The notes below the pieces were generated by a model that saw nothing but the letters and a program-made list of their open reading frames with translations, ran no database searches and was not told the DNA's origin. From Raillietiella orientalis (Eukaryota), in contig JAYWIR010000044.1 of the NCBI GenBank assembly GCA_036172245.1, positions 1,612,001-1,676,000 on the forward strand: a stretch of DNA of 64,000 nucleotides, read 5' to 3'. A program made the translations under genes and the position numbers. This document shows positions 1-12,304 of this stretch, one piece after another; the stretch's first letter is position 1; the number at the start of each line of letters is the position of its first letter.

Positions 1-2117
1 TCGCAGTCGATCTCCAGAAGGCGTTCGACTGTGTAGACCAGGAACTCCTCTTGGAGCTCCTGGGTTGCATGGGCTTCCCACCCTCCTTGATATCCTACCT
101 GCGCTCGTCCTGGCGGAATGCGATGATTACCGTCTCTTTCAGCGGCCACAAGGTGTATGGCGTGCCGGTGCGGCAGGGCATAAGGCAGGGAGAAAGCCTC
201 AGCCCCCTGCTCTTTAGCACCTACTTTGAGTTGGTGCTGAGAGCGTACAGGGTGACTTTGGTTCCCTTGCCGAGCTCGTGCCCCGGAACGCAGGCCGTAG
301 CGGCGTATGCCGACGATCTTCTGCTCCTCTTACCTATGTCCACCCCTGCGAAGGCGGTCGGAGACTTCTTCGACCTGCTCAATTGCGGTACCGGACTGCA
401 GGTTAACAGGGCGAAGACGTCCGTAATGCCAGTCGGAGCGGCGTGGGCAGGGCAGCAGGACTGGGTCCGTTTGGGGATCCCCACGGTGAGGTACTTCAAG
501 TACCTTGGTGTGCCGTTGGGGGACTACTCCCCTGCGGAAGCGTGGTCCGGCTGCCTTCAGAAGGCTCAGGCGGCGATCGGCCCGTTCCAGGACGCCAGGT
601 TCTACCTGCAGGAACGGGCCGCGGCGTGGAACGCGTTTGCGGCCCCCCTCCTTCGCCCCTTGCTTTTTGTTTGCCCCCCTCAGCGGAGTCAAAGAAGAGG
701 GCGAAGGACCTCCTGAGGATCGCCCTTTGGGGCAGAGGGAGGCCCCGAGTCCGTCTTTCGGATTTGTGCGCTCCTCGTCGGGATGGTGGTCTGAACCTCT
801 TGACGTTGGAGAGGCTGGAGCTACAGCTCCAGTTCCGAGTTGTTGCCTTTATGGCTGAAAATTGGTGGTCTCCTTGGTGCCTCCCTGCACGTCTTCTCGT
901 CGAGCGGGCCACCGGCAATGCGGAACTCTTGTCCTACTTTGCACTCCGAAGCCCGATCTGCCACTGCGGACTTCAACTTCGGAGGGCGGCCAATCTCGTG
1001 AAGAACAACTCGGCGCGGATCCTCGTACGCCCCGCGAACGCTCCTGCCTGGCTGCAGGAAACCGTCCGCACGTGGGCGATGATTCAGGAGCAGAGCCCGC
1101 AACACGAACGAATAGCTCTGTTCGGGCCGCATGCCCACCGCACGCTCCGAGAAATCATCGAGAATCCCCGAAGGAGAGCGTGGGCACAAAGAACCTCCCT
1201 TGCTGCGGTACTGCTTACCCTACGGGAACATCTGGGCAGCGATGTCGCGGCACAATGGGAGGTTACTGTCAAGATCGCCAGCAGGGCAAAGAAGATCGGG
1301 GATTGGAGAACGGGTCAGCTCACAAACGCTGCGATCCCGAGGACCACCCCAAATGGACTGTTGCGCCGGGGAGAGCTACTGGATGTTCCAGAGGAACATC
1401 TCGAGTGGACCCCGGTGCTCATGGACTCGCGCACCCTCCCCATGAAGTGGCAACAGTCGGCACTGCTGGTGTTGCATTGGGGGCTTCCTTGCAACGCCCA
1501 CCGACACCACTGGACGCGGGGGGGTGTCAACCCTAATTGTGTCAGGTGCGGGGAGAGGGAATACCTCCCCCACCTGTTAGTGGATTGTGTTGCCCTCCGT
1601 CCCTTGTGGGAACGCTTTGCCGCAGCCCTGGGGATCCCCGGAGGCAACCCCAGAGACGCTTCGCGCCCCCTCTTCGTCCGTGACGCCCTGCCTCCAGCGG
1701 CATCGCTTGCAGCCCTGTGCTGCCTACGCGGGATCGTCGTGGCATGGAGCAAAGCGACGGAAGGATCCAGCGACAAGGATGCCAACGTGTATGCCGCCCG
1801 TTTCCTCAGGATGGCGACGCGATAACCCCATCTGGAACCACACACGCAGAAACAGCTTGCCGGCATCCTCCAGAGGATGACGGACCTTCCCAGCAGACTG
1901 TGATCCCTTCCCGCTCCCTCCCTGATTTTTGTTTATTTTTTGTTTTCTTTTTGTTTCGTTCCTCCTCCCCTCTGCTGCCGAGGTCGACCGCGCCGGGCTG
2001 CGCATCGGTAGCCCGGGAAGCTATATCTTTCCAGGGCGTGGCTGGACTACTGGTCCAGTCGCAGATTGTATAGGTTTATTCGTGAGAATAAACGTCCCGG
2101 CGCACCCGGGTTTCAAT
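1..2117 (+). mobile_element. L1/Tx1-like LINE, 3' part (RT, C-terminal CCHC, 3'UTR); continues left of the window
   Basis: ORF 51-716 has GIRQGESLSPLLF, YADD and KYLG. After a frameshift, ORF 443-1825 has RRDGGL and NCVRCGEREYLPHLLVDC. Ends in AATAAACGTCCCGGCGCACCCGGGT (2087-2111). Confidence 0.93.
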
Positions 2118-5100
2118 CGAGGTTGCGCAGGATGACGCCTCTCAGGAACTGACGGATATGTTCCGCCGCACCGTAGATGCGCGTCCAGTTTCCTGGCATA
2201 CGCCTCGCCTTGGATGGTGGTCCTTTTGTCGCGTGGCATAATCTCGATTATCAACCGGAAGTGGCTTAATAGCGTCAACGGAAGTTTCCGTCGTCTGCCG
2301 ACCCGTGGGCACAGGTCGGTGTCAAGGAAGACGTGGTCTACGCTTTGGGCCATTTCCGGTTGTTCCCACAGCGAGTTGCAGGTACGCATAGCGGCGCACA
2401 ACTCGTTGGTTGCGTCTTTTTGCCTGCAAGGCACACCTGAGAGCAGGCGGATGTTGAAATCCCCACTGATCAGATGTGCCTTGCGTACGTTTGTATCCAC
2501 CAGCCAGTCGCGCTTCAGGGTTTCGAGGAACCGGGAACGTTTCCCGTACCCGCGTCCTCCGCTCGGAGCGTACACATTAGTCACGACAAGGTCGATCGAG
2601 TTGGACCAATTAAGGATAAGCTGGCCAACCCGACTGTCCTTGTCAAATCGTACGTCCGTGACGAAGGAAGCGACTGCTGGCTTCATAAAAAACGCGACGC
2701 CACAGGTGTTGCGAGCGCCGCATTGCCAAAATAGACGACCCCCGGGTCGTCCGAGAAAAAAAAAAAAAAAAAAAAAAAAAACAGCCCGCTTTGGAGGCTT
2801 TGTGGTTAAGGCTTCCGCGCATGTCACCATGCGTCGCGCGTTCGAATACTTGGGCAGATAACTTGACGCCATTGCGTCGTTTGGGTTCCGAGTTTCTCCT
2901 GCAGCGGCCGTTGGCTGGCCGAGACATTCGGGCGTGGCCCCGGCGGTAGATAATGCCGGCGGCCTCCCGATGAAGGCGGGAACAATGGATGTCGACCTTC
3001 GGGTCCTCCCAGGAATAAAGGAGTGGGGAGTTCCCCCTCCTGTGTGCAAAGGAGAGTGGACCCCCGTCACCGGGGGGACCGCCTCCGGTTTCAAGATGGA
3101 GCAGGAGCCCTCAGGGGCACTTCTCCAGTCGTTCAAAGGAACGGACCCCCCTGTTGGGGGGTCCCTCCGAGTCGTCGCCTCTTCACAGAGTGTGTACAAA
3201 GGAAAGAAGCTAAGCGAGAGCGATTCCCTGCGGGAAGCTGCAGCGCCCCTTCTGAGTTTCGGAAGCACCCCTGTGGGGGTTGTCTTCAGAGGAGTGAATA
3301 AAGGAGCGGTTCCCTTGCGGGTTCCCTTCGGAGAAGTTGAAATGGAGAGTACCACCACCCCGCAAGGGGGTGTGTGTCCCTCCGGAGAGAATGAGGAAGG
3401 AGAGTTCCCTTCGGGGTTCCCCTTCGGAGACAACCAGAGTCGTAGGTGAGATCTCCCCCGTCCGGGGGGATCCCTCCCCAAGCGTGAGAGGAACGGACTC
3501 CGAGCCCTTCCTGGATTCAATAGGGCGGACCCCATCCCGGGGTGCCCCCTATCCTGAAGAATATTACACTGAAGAATTACACGCCCCCCCCTGCGGGTTG
3601 CCGCGGACAGGCATGGAAACAAAACAGTGTGTTAATGTTTAAAAAGAGCCACGCGCGCCGCGAGGCACGCGACCGGCTCTCAGGTACTTAGCGAACCAAC
3701 AAAAAGAAAACTCTTTAAAACAAAAAAGGTGGAAGGAAAACAGCGAAGACAGAAGAAAAAGAAGAACCCAAGGATCATCATCGTCCTAGGCCAATAGTAA
3801 CGATCTCCTCGTGGGATCGCTACTGGCCTTAAGAAAAAAAAAAAAAAAAAATAGACGACCCCCTGCGATCCTTTCGATCTCCTGGGCGTTCTCGACGGTG
3901 ATCACGTGGATCTCTTGCAGGAGTGCCAGGTCGAAGTCACGCAGGGTGTCGGCCGTGTCCCGCCTGTTGCCGTCATCGCGTAGCCCGTTGACGTTCCAGC
4001 AGGCTACGCGGATCCGACGGCGACAGGCGAGCCCAGGTGTTATTCCTGGGAAAGTGGCAATGGGGCTCCCGCCACCTTGTCGGGCGGGACGCTAGGAGGA
4101 GGGGGTGCGTCGCGCACCGCTTCTCCCTCCTCCATGGAGGACGATTCGACGTCGGGGCCTTGCAGAGGAAGTAGGGGTTCACCCACCTGCACATCCTTCT
4201 CCATGGGGGTCGCTAGCTGCACGGTGTCGGGGAATGAGATATTCCCACCCTTGCCTCCCACGCTGCCGGCTCCCCCCTCGGGGGTCGATTCATTCGCCTC
4301 CTTATTGATCCGGATGCGCCTCCTGGGATTCTGAGACTTCCGTCCCGTCTACTTTCGTGGCGCCTCCGCTGAAGAGGACGCAATTTCGACGTCCGGATCG
4401 GCCTCACCTGCCTCCGGAGCCTTCCTCGCAGCCGGCCTTTGCAAGGCTTTTCGCGAGTTCTTTTCACGGCCTTGCAATTCAGCCGTGAGTTCTATCACCG
4501 GCTGCTGGAAGGCGGCCTCCTCGATCGCGTCGAGCGCGGCGCGCGGTTACCCTTCTGTTTCGCCAGAGAGTTCACCATCGACCGTCGCAACTTCGGCGGA
4601 CGCGAGGGTGGGGATTGCTCCCCCGGTGGCGGCATCGGGTGCCTCCACATGTTCTAATTTTACCGAACATGCGCGGAGCTTTTCGCGGCACGGTTTTTCG
4701 CGCTGCGTTTTTGTTTTCACCTCGTTTCGTTCGCAACTCCCGGGTTTTCTTCGTGGCTGTACCGTCTGCCAGCCTTCGCCGTCTCCTGCGTCGTCGGGAG
4801 TGTTCTCAACCGACGTTTTCTGTGAAAGCTTAGGGACTGGCATCTGGGTGTTTACAGCCTGTTTCTGTTTATGCGTCTCTTTCGTGCGTTTCCCCTTTGC
4901 CTTTTTTGCAGCGGATGGGGGTGGGATTTCTCTTCTTGGGCACACCTTACGGATGTGGCCCTTATTTCAACATAAGTGGCATTGGATGTTACGGCACCGC
5001 TTTTTTAGATGCTCTGGGGCATCGCAATGGCCACAATACTTGGGCTTACCCACGTACCAAACATCGACTTTTTCTTCGCCGATATTCAGTTTGTGGGGAA

Positions 5101-5851
5101 GCCCACCATTCTCTGGTAGGGTGACGCGGGCTGCGGCCATCCCACTGAATAGCCTTCCGTACGTTCGGAAGAATTTGGGTTTGGCCCAACACGCGTGCAC
5201 ATTACCATGTTTCGCCAACTCCTCCTGGACACCGGTTTTGCCCTTCCGTAGTGTCACGCCTGTGAGGTGGACCACGACGGAGCGGTCCTCCGTCACAGAG
5301 AAGATCCTGCGGCCGTCACTGTAATAGGGGTGTTCAGCGGGCGTTGCGCCAGACTTGCATCTCTGCAGGTCAGCTCGACTCGCTGTCCCGCACTGAGGAC
5401 GGAGAGGCCCTCAACGTTTTCCTCCCTCACATTAAGCCGTTGCAGCTCTATTTCGAAGGAGTGTGCAATCTTTTCGTCAAATACACTGCCTACCTTATAG
5501 ATCAGCGACGGTTTGTAGCCGCTGTTTTTGTAGGCATTCTGCTCCGCAACTGCAGCCGGGGATGGTGCAACAACGACGTTACTCCAACTCCTCGCCAATG
5601 GCTAAGATGGTCGCGAAGGGGCGGTTGCCAACGATTCCGAAGGGGCAAGTGCCCCGGATTCCGTGGGGACGGATGCTCCCACTTTCATTGGTGGAGGAGA
5701 GCATGTCGTTTCTCCTCCTTCAACTTCCATCGCAGTGTGCTCAGGCATTTCTGCCATGGGACACCGGTACTCCCACACATCAGACAACCAACGAAAAGCT
5801 TCCCACTAACCAATCCGTGGAGCGATGCCAAACCACGTCCGCTCCCTAGAA
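2118..5851 (-). mobile_element. Family F LINE, 5' half (5'UTR, broken ORF1 5757-4040, APE), interrupted by the 2744-3851 insert and cut off at 2118
   Basis: ORF1 knuckle CGHCDAPEHLKKRC; APE motifs WNVNGL, LQEIH, CGVAFF, NVYAP, GDFN, SVDHVF. Close copy at 22004-23939 (+). Confidence 0.9.
2744..3851 (+). mobile_element. Poly(A)-tailed retroposed insert of unknown family (SINE-like, or the 3' end of another non-LTR element)
   Basis: 16-bp TSD AAAATAGACGACCCCC at 2728-2743 and 3848-3863; A18 tail at 3834-3851; stem-loop at ~3788-3829 before the tail; the host APE sequence rejoins across it. Confidence 0.85.
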
Positions 5852-6463
5852 CGACACGGGGAAGTGTTAACGCAAACTGTGTTCGGTGTGGAGAGCGGGA
5901 AACCCTCCCGCACCTTTTTGTTGAGTGTTCTGCCCTCCAGCCCCTGTGGGAACGTTTCGGTTCCACCTAAGAAATCCTGGAATGTAGGCTTGCCAGAGAC
6001 ATTTTTCGGCTCCTCTTCGTGCGGGACGTCCTGCAGTCAGCCGCTGTAATAGCAACTCTCTGCTGCGTACGCGGTATTGTGGCAGCTTGCAGTGGATACG
6101 ACAAAGCAGAGGATGTTAGCAGAAGGAATGTCATGAAGTATGCAGCTCGGTTTCTGCGAATAGCATCCCAATGGCACCACCTGGGAAATCTGCAAAAGGA
6201 CCTCGTCGTCATCCTGCAATGGATGGAAGCTCCTTAAAACAAAAAGTGATCCCTTCCCGTCCCTCCCAATGACCAGTGTTTCTACTTTTTATTTTTTTTC
6301 ATTATTTTTATTGTTTCCCTAACCCCATCCGTTGACGTGAAGTGTTTTGTCGGTCTGTGCACTGATCACCAGACAGCTCCATAGAACTAATGGTCTTAGA
6401 GGGGCCTTGTACCGCAAATACTGTTAGTTTTTAAAAAAACGCCCCGGCTTGACCGGGTGAAAA
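5852..6463 (+). mobile_element. LINE 3' fragment (CCHC finger and 3'UTR)
   Basis: TRGSVNANCVRCGERETLPHLFVEC; TGATCCCTTCCC at 6247; terminal hairpin CCCGGCTTGACCGGGT at 6443-6458. Confidence 0.88.
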
Positions 6464-8107
6464 CGTCTATACAAACGCTCCGCACCGCCCCCGCCACCCT
6501 GCCCCGGACAAGGAATGCCACTCCGCAGGTATTCTGGGAGCCTGACCTTTAATAGAGCGTCTTGCCTGCGCGAACTTGCAGATTGGCCGCTTGCTGCTTG
6601 GAGAGTACGTGAATCTCTTGCAGCAGGGCCAGATCGAAGTCGCGCAGGACGTTGGCAACCAATCGCCTCTTCTCGTTGTCCTGCAGCCCGTTGGCGTTCC
6701 AACAAACCACTTGCACGCGACGGGAAGAAGCGAGACCGCGCATTGCTGCTACGGACATGGAGGTGCGTTCCTCGTTTCGTCCGGCAAGGCATCAGCCGGT
6801 AGCACGGCGGGTGGTAAAACGCAAGCGCTTCCTGTCCCCACCGCGCCGCTCGCGGCTGGCTCGGTGGAGTCGAGGACAATTGCTTCGAGCTCCGAGGAGC
6901 ATCGAAAACCGTTCCCGGCATCAGGCTCTTGCCTGGCAAGTTTCGGCTTGAGCGCAGCCGTGGCCTTGACCGGGGCTTGGCGAGCCTTTGCGCTGCATTC
7001 GGACTCCACCTCGAAGTCCGAATTCCGCGCGAGCGGCGAGCGTTTTGCCTGCCTCTTCTTCTGCTGGCAGCTCGGAGCTTATCCAGCATTCTGGGAAGGC
7101 GCCTTCGGCGCCGTTCCCCCTTTCAAAATCGCGGCGTAGGCAGATCCTTTTTCGCCGCGGGTGTTTGCGACGGTGCGCGCGGCGGCAGCAGAGTCTTTTT
7201 CTTGCGCCTTTCTTGGCGCGCGGGGCTGCCTTTTAATCCCGCCTACCCTTTTAATGGAGGAGTGGGAAGGATAGAGCGGTTTGCGCTTTTTCTTCCTTCT
7301 CCCAACGAAGGTCCAGCCAACCTCGTCGCTCTCAGTTTTACCTTGATTGAGGGCGAAAGCATCCAGGGTCCTTTGCATCCTTTCCAAGGCCTGCGATGCG
7401 AAGATAACTGCCAGTGTCGACTTCGCCACGTCTTCCTTTTGCACCTTCTTGCAGGAAGGTGCGGGCAGAATGGTGGGATCCTTTAAGATCGCGCGATGGT
7501 TTTCACCCTTTGTCAGCTTTCGGCTCGCCGTGGCCGGCTTGCTTTTCGCAAACAAAGGGACGCGCGACCCCTTTTTCGACGCTCCGGTGGACTTTTCGGG
7601 AGTGCCGCGGTATTTCTCTCCAAAGCGAGAGAGAACGTTAGCGGCGGTTTTGCAGTCTGGCCGATGTTTTTTTTAGACTGCTTCGCTCGGGGCTTGTTTG
7701 TAGCTGCTTGGAGAAGCTTTTAGTCCTTTTGCGCGGGCTTTTAAGGAGCTTTGCTCCCAGACACGCCCGCCTAATCGGATTTTGTTCTTGTGCGCTGCGG
7801 AACCTCGTTTGCGCCGGATTTCTTTCCTGACGACGGAGCGGATGGAGTCGGCGCGAAAGGCGATGTTGAGCAGAGGTTTCTCGCCCTCCTCTTACGTTTT
7901 AGCTGGGCGCACTCGTAAATCGAGTGGCCGAGCAGTTTGCAGTATCGGCAACTGTGTGTCGGGCACTTCCGCTAGCGATGGCCTCTTTTTTCGCAGTTGC
8001 CGCCAGCTGGGGTTTGCCCGGCAAACCGTAGATACACGGCGACGTCACCTAGAAGGATCTGCGAAGGCATGAGCCTCCGGTCGTCCATAGTGACACCCGC
8101 AGTGGCG
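6464..8107 (-). mobile_element. B-related LINE fragment (end of ORF1 and APE N-terminus)
   Basis: ORF 6549-6758 reads VCWNANGLQDNEKRRLVANVLRDFDLALLQEIH, followed by NTCGVAFLVRG; Lys/Arg-rich ORF1-like sequence upstream. Confidence 0.82.
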
Positions 8108-10220
8108 ATTCACACTTGGATGTGCCGGGATATTCATTTCAGTAAAATAACAATTCAACTAATTGTCGCGTGGAGAACCCGAAAGTCCACCACTTCAATA
8201 CTGCTTGCAGGTTGCCGATGCTGTGCCGGCATGTTCCTTCCGATGCGCGGGATGGCGGAAAGAAAAGCAAAAACCAAACAAAAAGTTTAAATGAGGGAAG
8301 GAAGATAAGATTCAGTAATAGGAGGGCAGGAATGAGAACACGGTGCGCGTGTAGACGTCCTCTAGTTCCTCTTCAGGATCCGCACAAGCTGAGTCTTTTC
8401 TGCGCCAAAGTGGCGCCACTTGCAGACACCGCGCGAGAAAAGGCGAGTTTAGTGTAAGGCGTTGACGGTTGGCTGACGCCTTCTTCTGGTGCCGTTCCAA
8501 GCCGCCACTATTCCTCGGATGCATCAGAGGACTGCTACACTAGCGGGCGGGGACAATACGTCACTATAGAAGAAACGCCTCAAAACGTCCTTCGATCCGC
8601 ATCCGCGCAAGTCCAGGATCGCCGCGAGACGATCCCGCAAAGGGCGGAGGGCGCTGCACTCAAGAAGAAGGTGGGGGAATGCTTCTTTTTCCCCACACCG
8701 GTCACAATTAAAATCCACAGCCCTCCAGGTGGTGTGGTGCAGGCGTGCTTTAAATGGTAATCCCCAGAGTACCACAAGCAACGCCACATCATGCCATTTC
8801 AGGGGGAGAAATGCACTGTTCCAGGACGCTGGGGGCCACTCCATCTCCTCCGGAGATAGTCCGAGTAGCTCACCCCAGCGTAGAATTCCATTAAGCGGGA
8901 CACTCGGCGTCGCAGCGTCAGGTAGCTGCCGAGATGTCCACGCCTTTATCGATTGTGTCCTGCCGCCTATGGTGCAGGACACGGTCCATTTCCCCTGCTC
9001 GCTACTGTCCCTGGCATTTTCAACAAAGGGCAGCACTGGGGCGAAGGGGGTTATCAGAGCTCACAGAAGCTGGTCGTGGGACTGCACGATCTCCTGCAGC
9101 GTCCAGCGGAAGCGCCTTTTCAGGCAAGTTTTCCTTGTGTCCTCCGGACGTGGATCTTTTCCCAGGTGGAGACTGACTCGTGCAACCAGGCAGAGTAGTT
9201 CCCTGAGGGGCAGGAGATCCAAGCGATCTCCCGAATTGCAAGGGCCATGCGTCGCAGGTGAGAGCCACAATGTGCTCTTCTGCCGACGCGCACAGACAGA
9301 AACGACAAAAGTCCGCCGGATCCGCTAGCTCGTTGGGCCAGGAGGCGTGCTGAGATGCACCAGGGCGTGTCCCACAGTTCTGCCGCGAGGGCAAGAGTCC
9401 TAAACTGGAGTTGCACTTCCATACGCTTCAGCGTAAGAACGCCAAGTGCACCGTATTTACGTGGAGCGCACAATTCTTTGAGGCTTACACGGGACCTCCC
9501 TTTGCCATAAAGGACGGTCCTCAGGAGGCCCGCTACTCTTTTATGGACAAAAAAGGAAGCGGGGCACACAAACAGTAGGAAGCGGAGAAAGCAGGCCGCA
9601 AACGCGTCCCACATTGCAATTCGTTCCTGCAAGTAGAACTTGCCGTCCCCGAACGGACCGATCGCCAACGCTGCCTTCTGGAGACGGTCCGACCAGTCTT
9701 CTGCTGCGCAGAGGTCCCCTAACGGGACGCCGAGCTCGTTGAAGCACCTGCCCATGGGGATCTCCATGGGATCCAGTCCGACCATCTATTCCACGCCGAT
9801 CTGGATAAAATCATAAAAGGCATTGCTTTCCTCACCTCCAGGCCCGGCCTGCGGCGCAGCAACTCGAAGAAGTCCTAGCGCGCACTCGCAGGGGTGTACC
9901 CAGGAAGCAGCAGCAGAAGATCGTTTGCTTAGGCCGACCCGGCTGTCGTGCAGGCACACAAGCTCTGCAAGGTTGCCAGAGTTACCCTGTATGCCATCAG
10001 CGCCAATTCGAAGTAGATGCTCAAGAGCAAGGGGCTCAGGCTTTCACCCTGCCTGATGCCGCGGTGCATTGGCACGCCGTACACCTGCCGGCCGCTGAAA
10101 CCAATATTAATATAAGAATTGCGCCAGCTGGAGCGCAGGTAGAACTGGAGCACGGCCAAGAAACCCGTGCGTTCCAGGAGCTCCAAAACAGGTTCCTGGT
10201 CGACGCAGTTGAACGCCTGC
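8108..10220 (-). mobile_element. Family E LINE, decayed, RT to 3' end
   Basis: GIRQGESLSPLL (9929-10186), FNCDRCGEKEAFPHLLLEC (8524-9036), degenerate terminal hairpin at ~8108-8140. Confidence 0.85.
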
Positions 10221-10225
10221 GCTCT

Positions 10226-11413
10226 AGGGCGGACGTGTTTTCTCGGTGCTCCTTATGCCAGGAAGTCACACCCAGTGCAAGCGTCGTGTGGTTCGGTGGT
10301 CGATCAGGCAGCGATGCCTGACGCGACCACCAGGGATGTCCAGGGGGCAGCGGTAACGCCGCCCCCAAACGCGATTGAGAGCCAGGGGGCGGCGGCAACG
10401 TCGCCCCTAGAGCAGATGGAGGTGGGGCATCCGCCCCCACAGAATCGGTCCCCGCTGCAGCGCGGGCGTGGAGCGCCGTTGTGTTGGCGCCATCGCCTGC
10501 AGCCGAGGCGGAACTGTCGGCCTATGTGGAGGAGGGGTATAACCCCTCATTGTTCTACAAGGAAAGCAATCTCTATTTTTTAGAGAGCACGCGCGCCTTA
10601 TCGAAGGGCATGCGCGCTGTCCATGTGAAAAAGGAGGAGATCAGCGCTATGACCATCCGCAGCGGAGGTCAGTACGCTGAGGTTATCTGCAAACAAGCAG
10701 AGCTGGCACAACGACTGCTTAAAACCCCCGTGGTGATGGGGACGCGCAGGCTTCTCCCTATTACGGCGGACCGCAGCATGGTGATTTTCCTGTTAGGTGT
10801 TACCGCGCGGATGCGCAAGGAACAGCTTAGCGGCGCGTTGGAGGAATACGGAACGGTCCACGCGCAGTGGTCGAAGGTTAGTCCTTTTGAGAACTACACG
10901 GAACTGCAGCACGGCCTCAAGACTGCGCGCGTGACCGTTCGGGAGGGATGCACCCTTCCTCACAAACTGGTGGTCGAAGGCGAAACCGTGGAACTCTGGT
11001 ATGTGGGAAGCCGAAATACTGCGGCTTCTGCAATACGTCGGGCCACCTCAAAAAGAGATGTCCCAACGTGCAGTGCCAAGTATGCGGCACAATGAGTAAC
11101 ACGAGACAGCTGTGTTCAAAAGCAGCAGTGCGGATGGTTTCCAAGAGAAACCTTAAAAAACGCGCTCGGCTGCTGCAGAAAAGGCTGGCGGCGAAAGCTG
11201 CCGCGGAGGCTGTGCCACCCGCGCCCAAGGCCCAGGTTGCACCCGAGAACCCGGCGACCAGAGCCGAAAAAGTTGAGGGGGCCGGCCAAGAGACTGAGTG
11301 GCAAGTGGCAACGACCAAAACAAGAAAAAAGAAGAGGAGATTGGAGAAACAGCTCGTGTACCGCCAGAAAAAACAGCAGGCAAACAAGGAGATTAAAGAA
11401 TGGAGCGTTATCG
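10226..11413 (+). mobile_element. Family D LINE, 5'UTR and broken ORF1
   Basis: Starts AGGGCGGACGTGTTTTCTCGGTGCTCC; ORF 10481-11095 is RRM-like; knuckle CGFCNTSGHLKKRC in 10948-11562. Confidence 0.87.
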
Positions 11414-12300
11414 TTTATTACCCGGTTGCGCCGGGACGTTTATTCATAATATCAACTGGGAACCGTGTTCCCAGGCAAAGAGAACAGAAAATGGGGAGTA
11501 GATATCCTGGAACGCAGGCCTGGCACAGTGAGAGATCGGAACTGGAGGGGGCTGGACAATGAATAAATAAATTGGGTGGGATGGCGGAGACAGAGATATG
11601 CAGTCTAACCGTTCCTAGTCTCAGAACAGGCGTTGGATGCCGCAGATCTCAGTCTTCACTACTGCTCCCAGGTGTGGCTACCCGGCAGCCATTTGCAGGT
11701 TGCAGACTGCGGTGTCGGGGACCGATGTAGGGACTGCTCGCATCTGCAATACGTGGCGGGCTCTGACAATGGGCAAATGCAGCAGATGATTGCAACAACC
11801 GCTCCAAGAGAACAACCGGCACGCGTGTAGAAGCGGCGCAACCAATCCAGTACGGTGTGTTCAGGGTGCAGGAGCGCTGAACACAGCCGCCGCCACAGCT
11901 CCTGGAGGGCACCGCACTTAAACAGCAAATGCTGAAGCGATTCCACCGCTCCGCATTTGGCACTGTTCCGAGACGCAACTCCCCCGGAAATCAGGTGCAC
12001 CCGCTGGTTGCAGTACAAACCCCAATGCACCAGCAGAAAAGCGTCCTGTTTTCACCGAAGGGGGAAGAGAGTGGTGTTTGAACACGCAGGAGGGACCACA
12101 AGTTCATCGGTGGGCACCCCGGGGAGCTCACTCAACCGGAGAAGTCCCTTGGCACGGAGGCGAGGTGTGGCAGCGTCTGCCACTTTGCAAGTGCGCCAGC
12201 CGCCCAGCAGTCGGGTTTCGCCTGCGATTTCGCAAGCGATCTCCTACCTCGCCGGCAGGTCACTGTCGTCTCGCACCATCAGTGCACACAGTGCTTCGGC
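11414..12300 (-). mobile_element. 5'-truncated B-related LINE 3' fragment
   Basis: HWGLYCNQR...KCGAVESLQHLLFKC (11659-12030); AATAAACGTCCCGGCGCAACCGGGT on the minus strand at 11444-11420. Confidence 0.85.
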
Positions 12301-12304
12301 GAGG

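Noticed and set aside
2880..3560. Hammerhead or HDV-like ribozyme in the structured insert
   Set aside because: I could not find a CUGAnGA...GAAA core or build the nested pseudoknot by eye; a covariance search is needed.
2021..3622. 533-aa ORF that looks like a novel N-terminal domain fused to APE
   Set aside because: It is chance read-through from the antisense strand of the 2744-3851 insert (poly-Phe from the A26 run) into the host APE.
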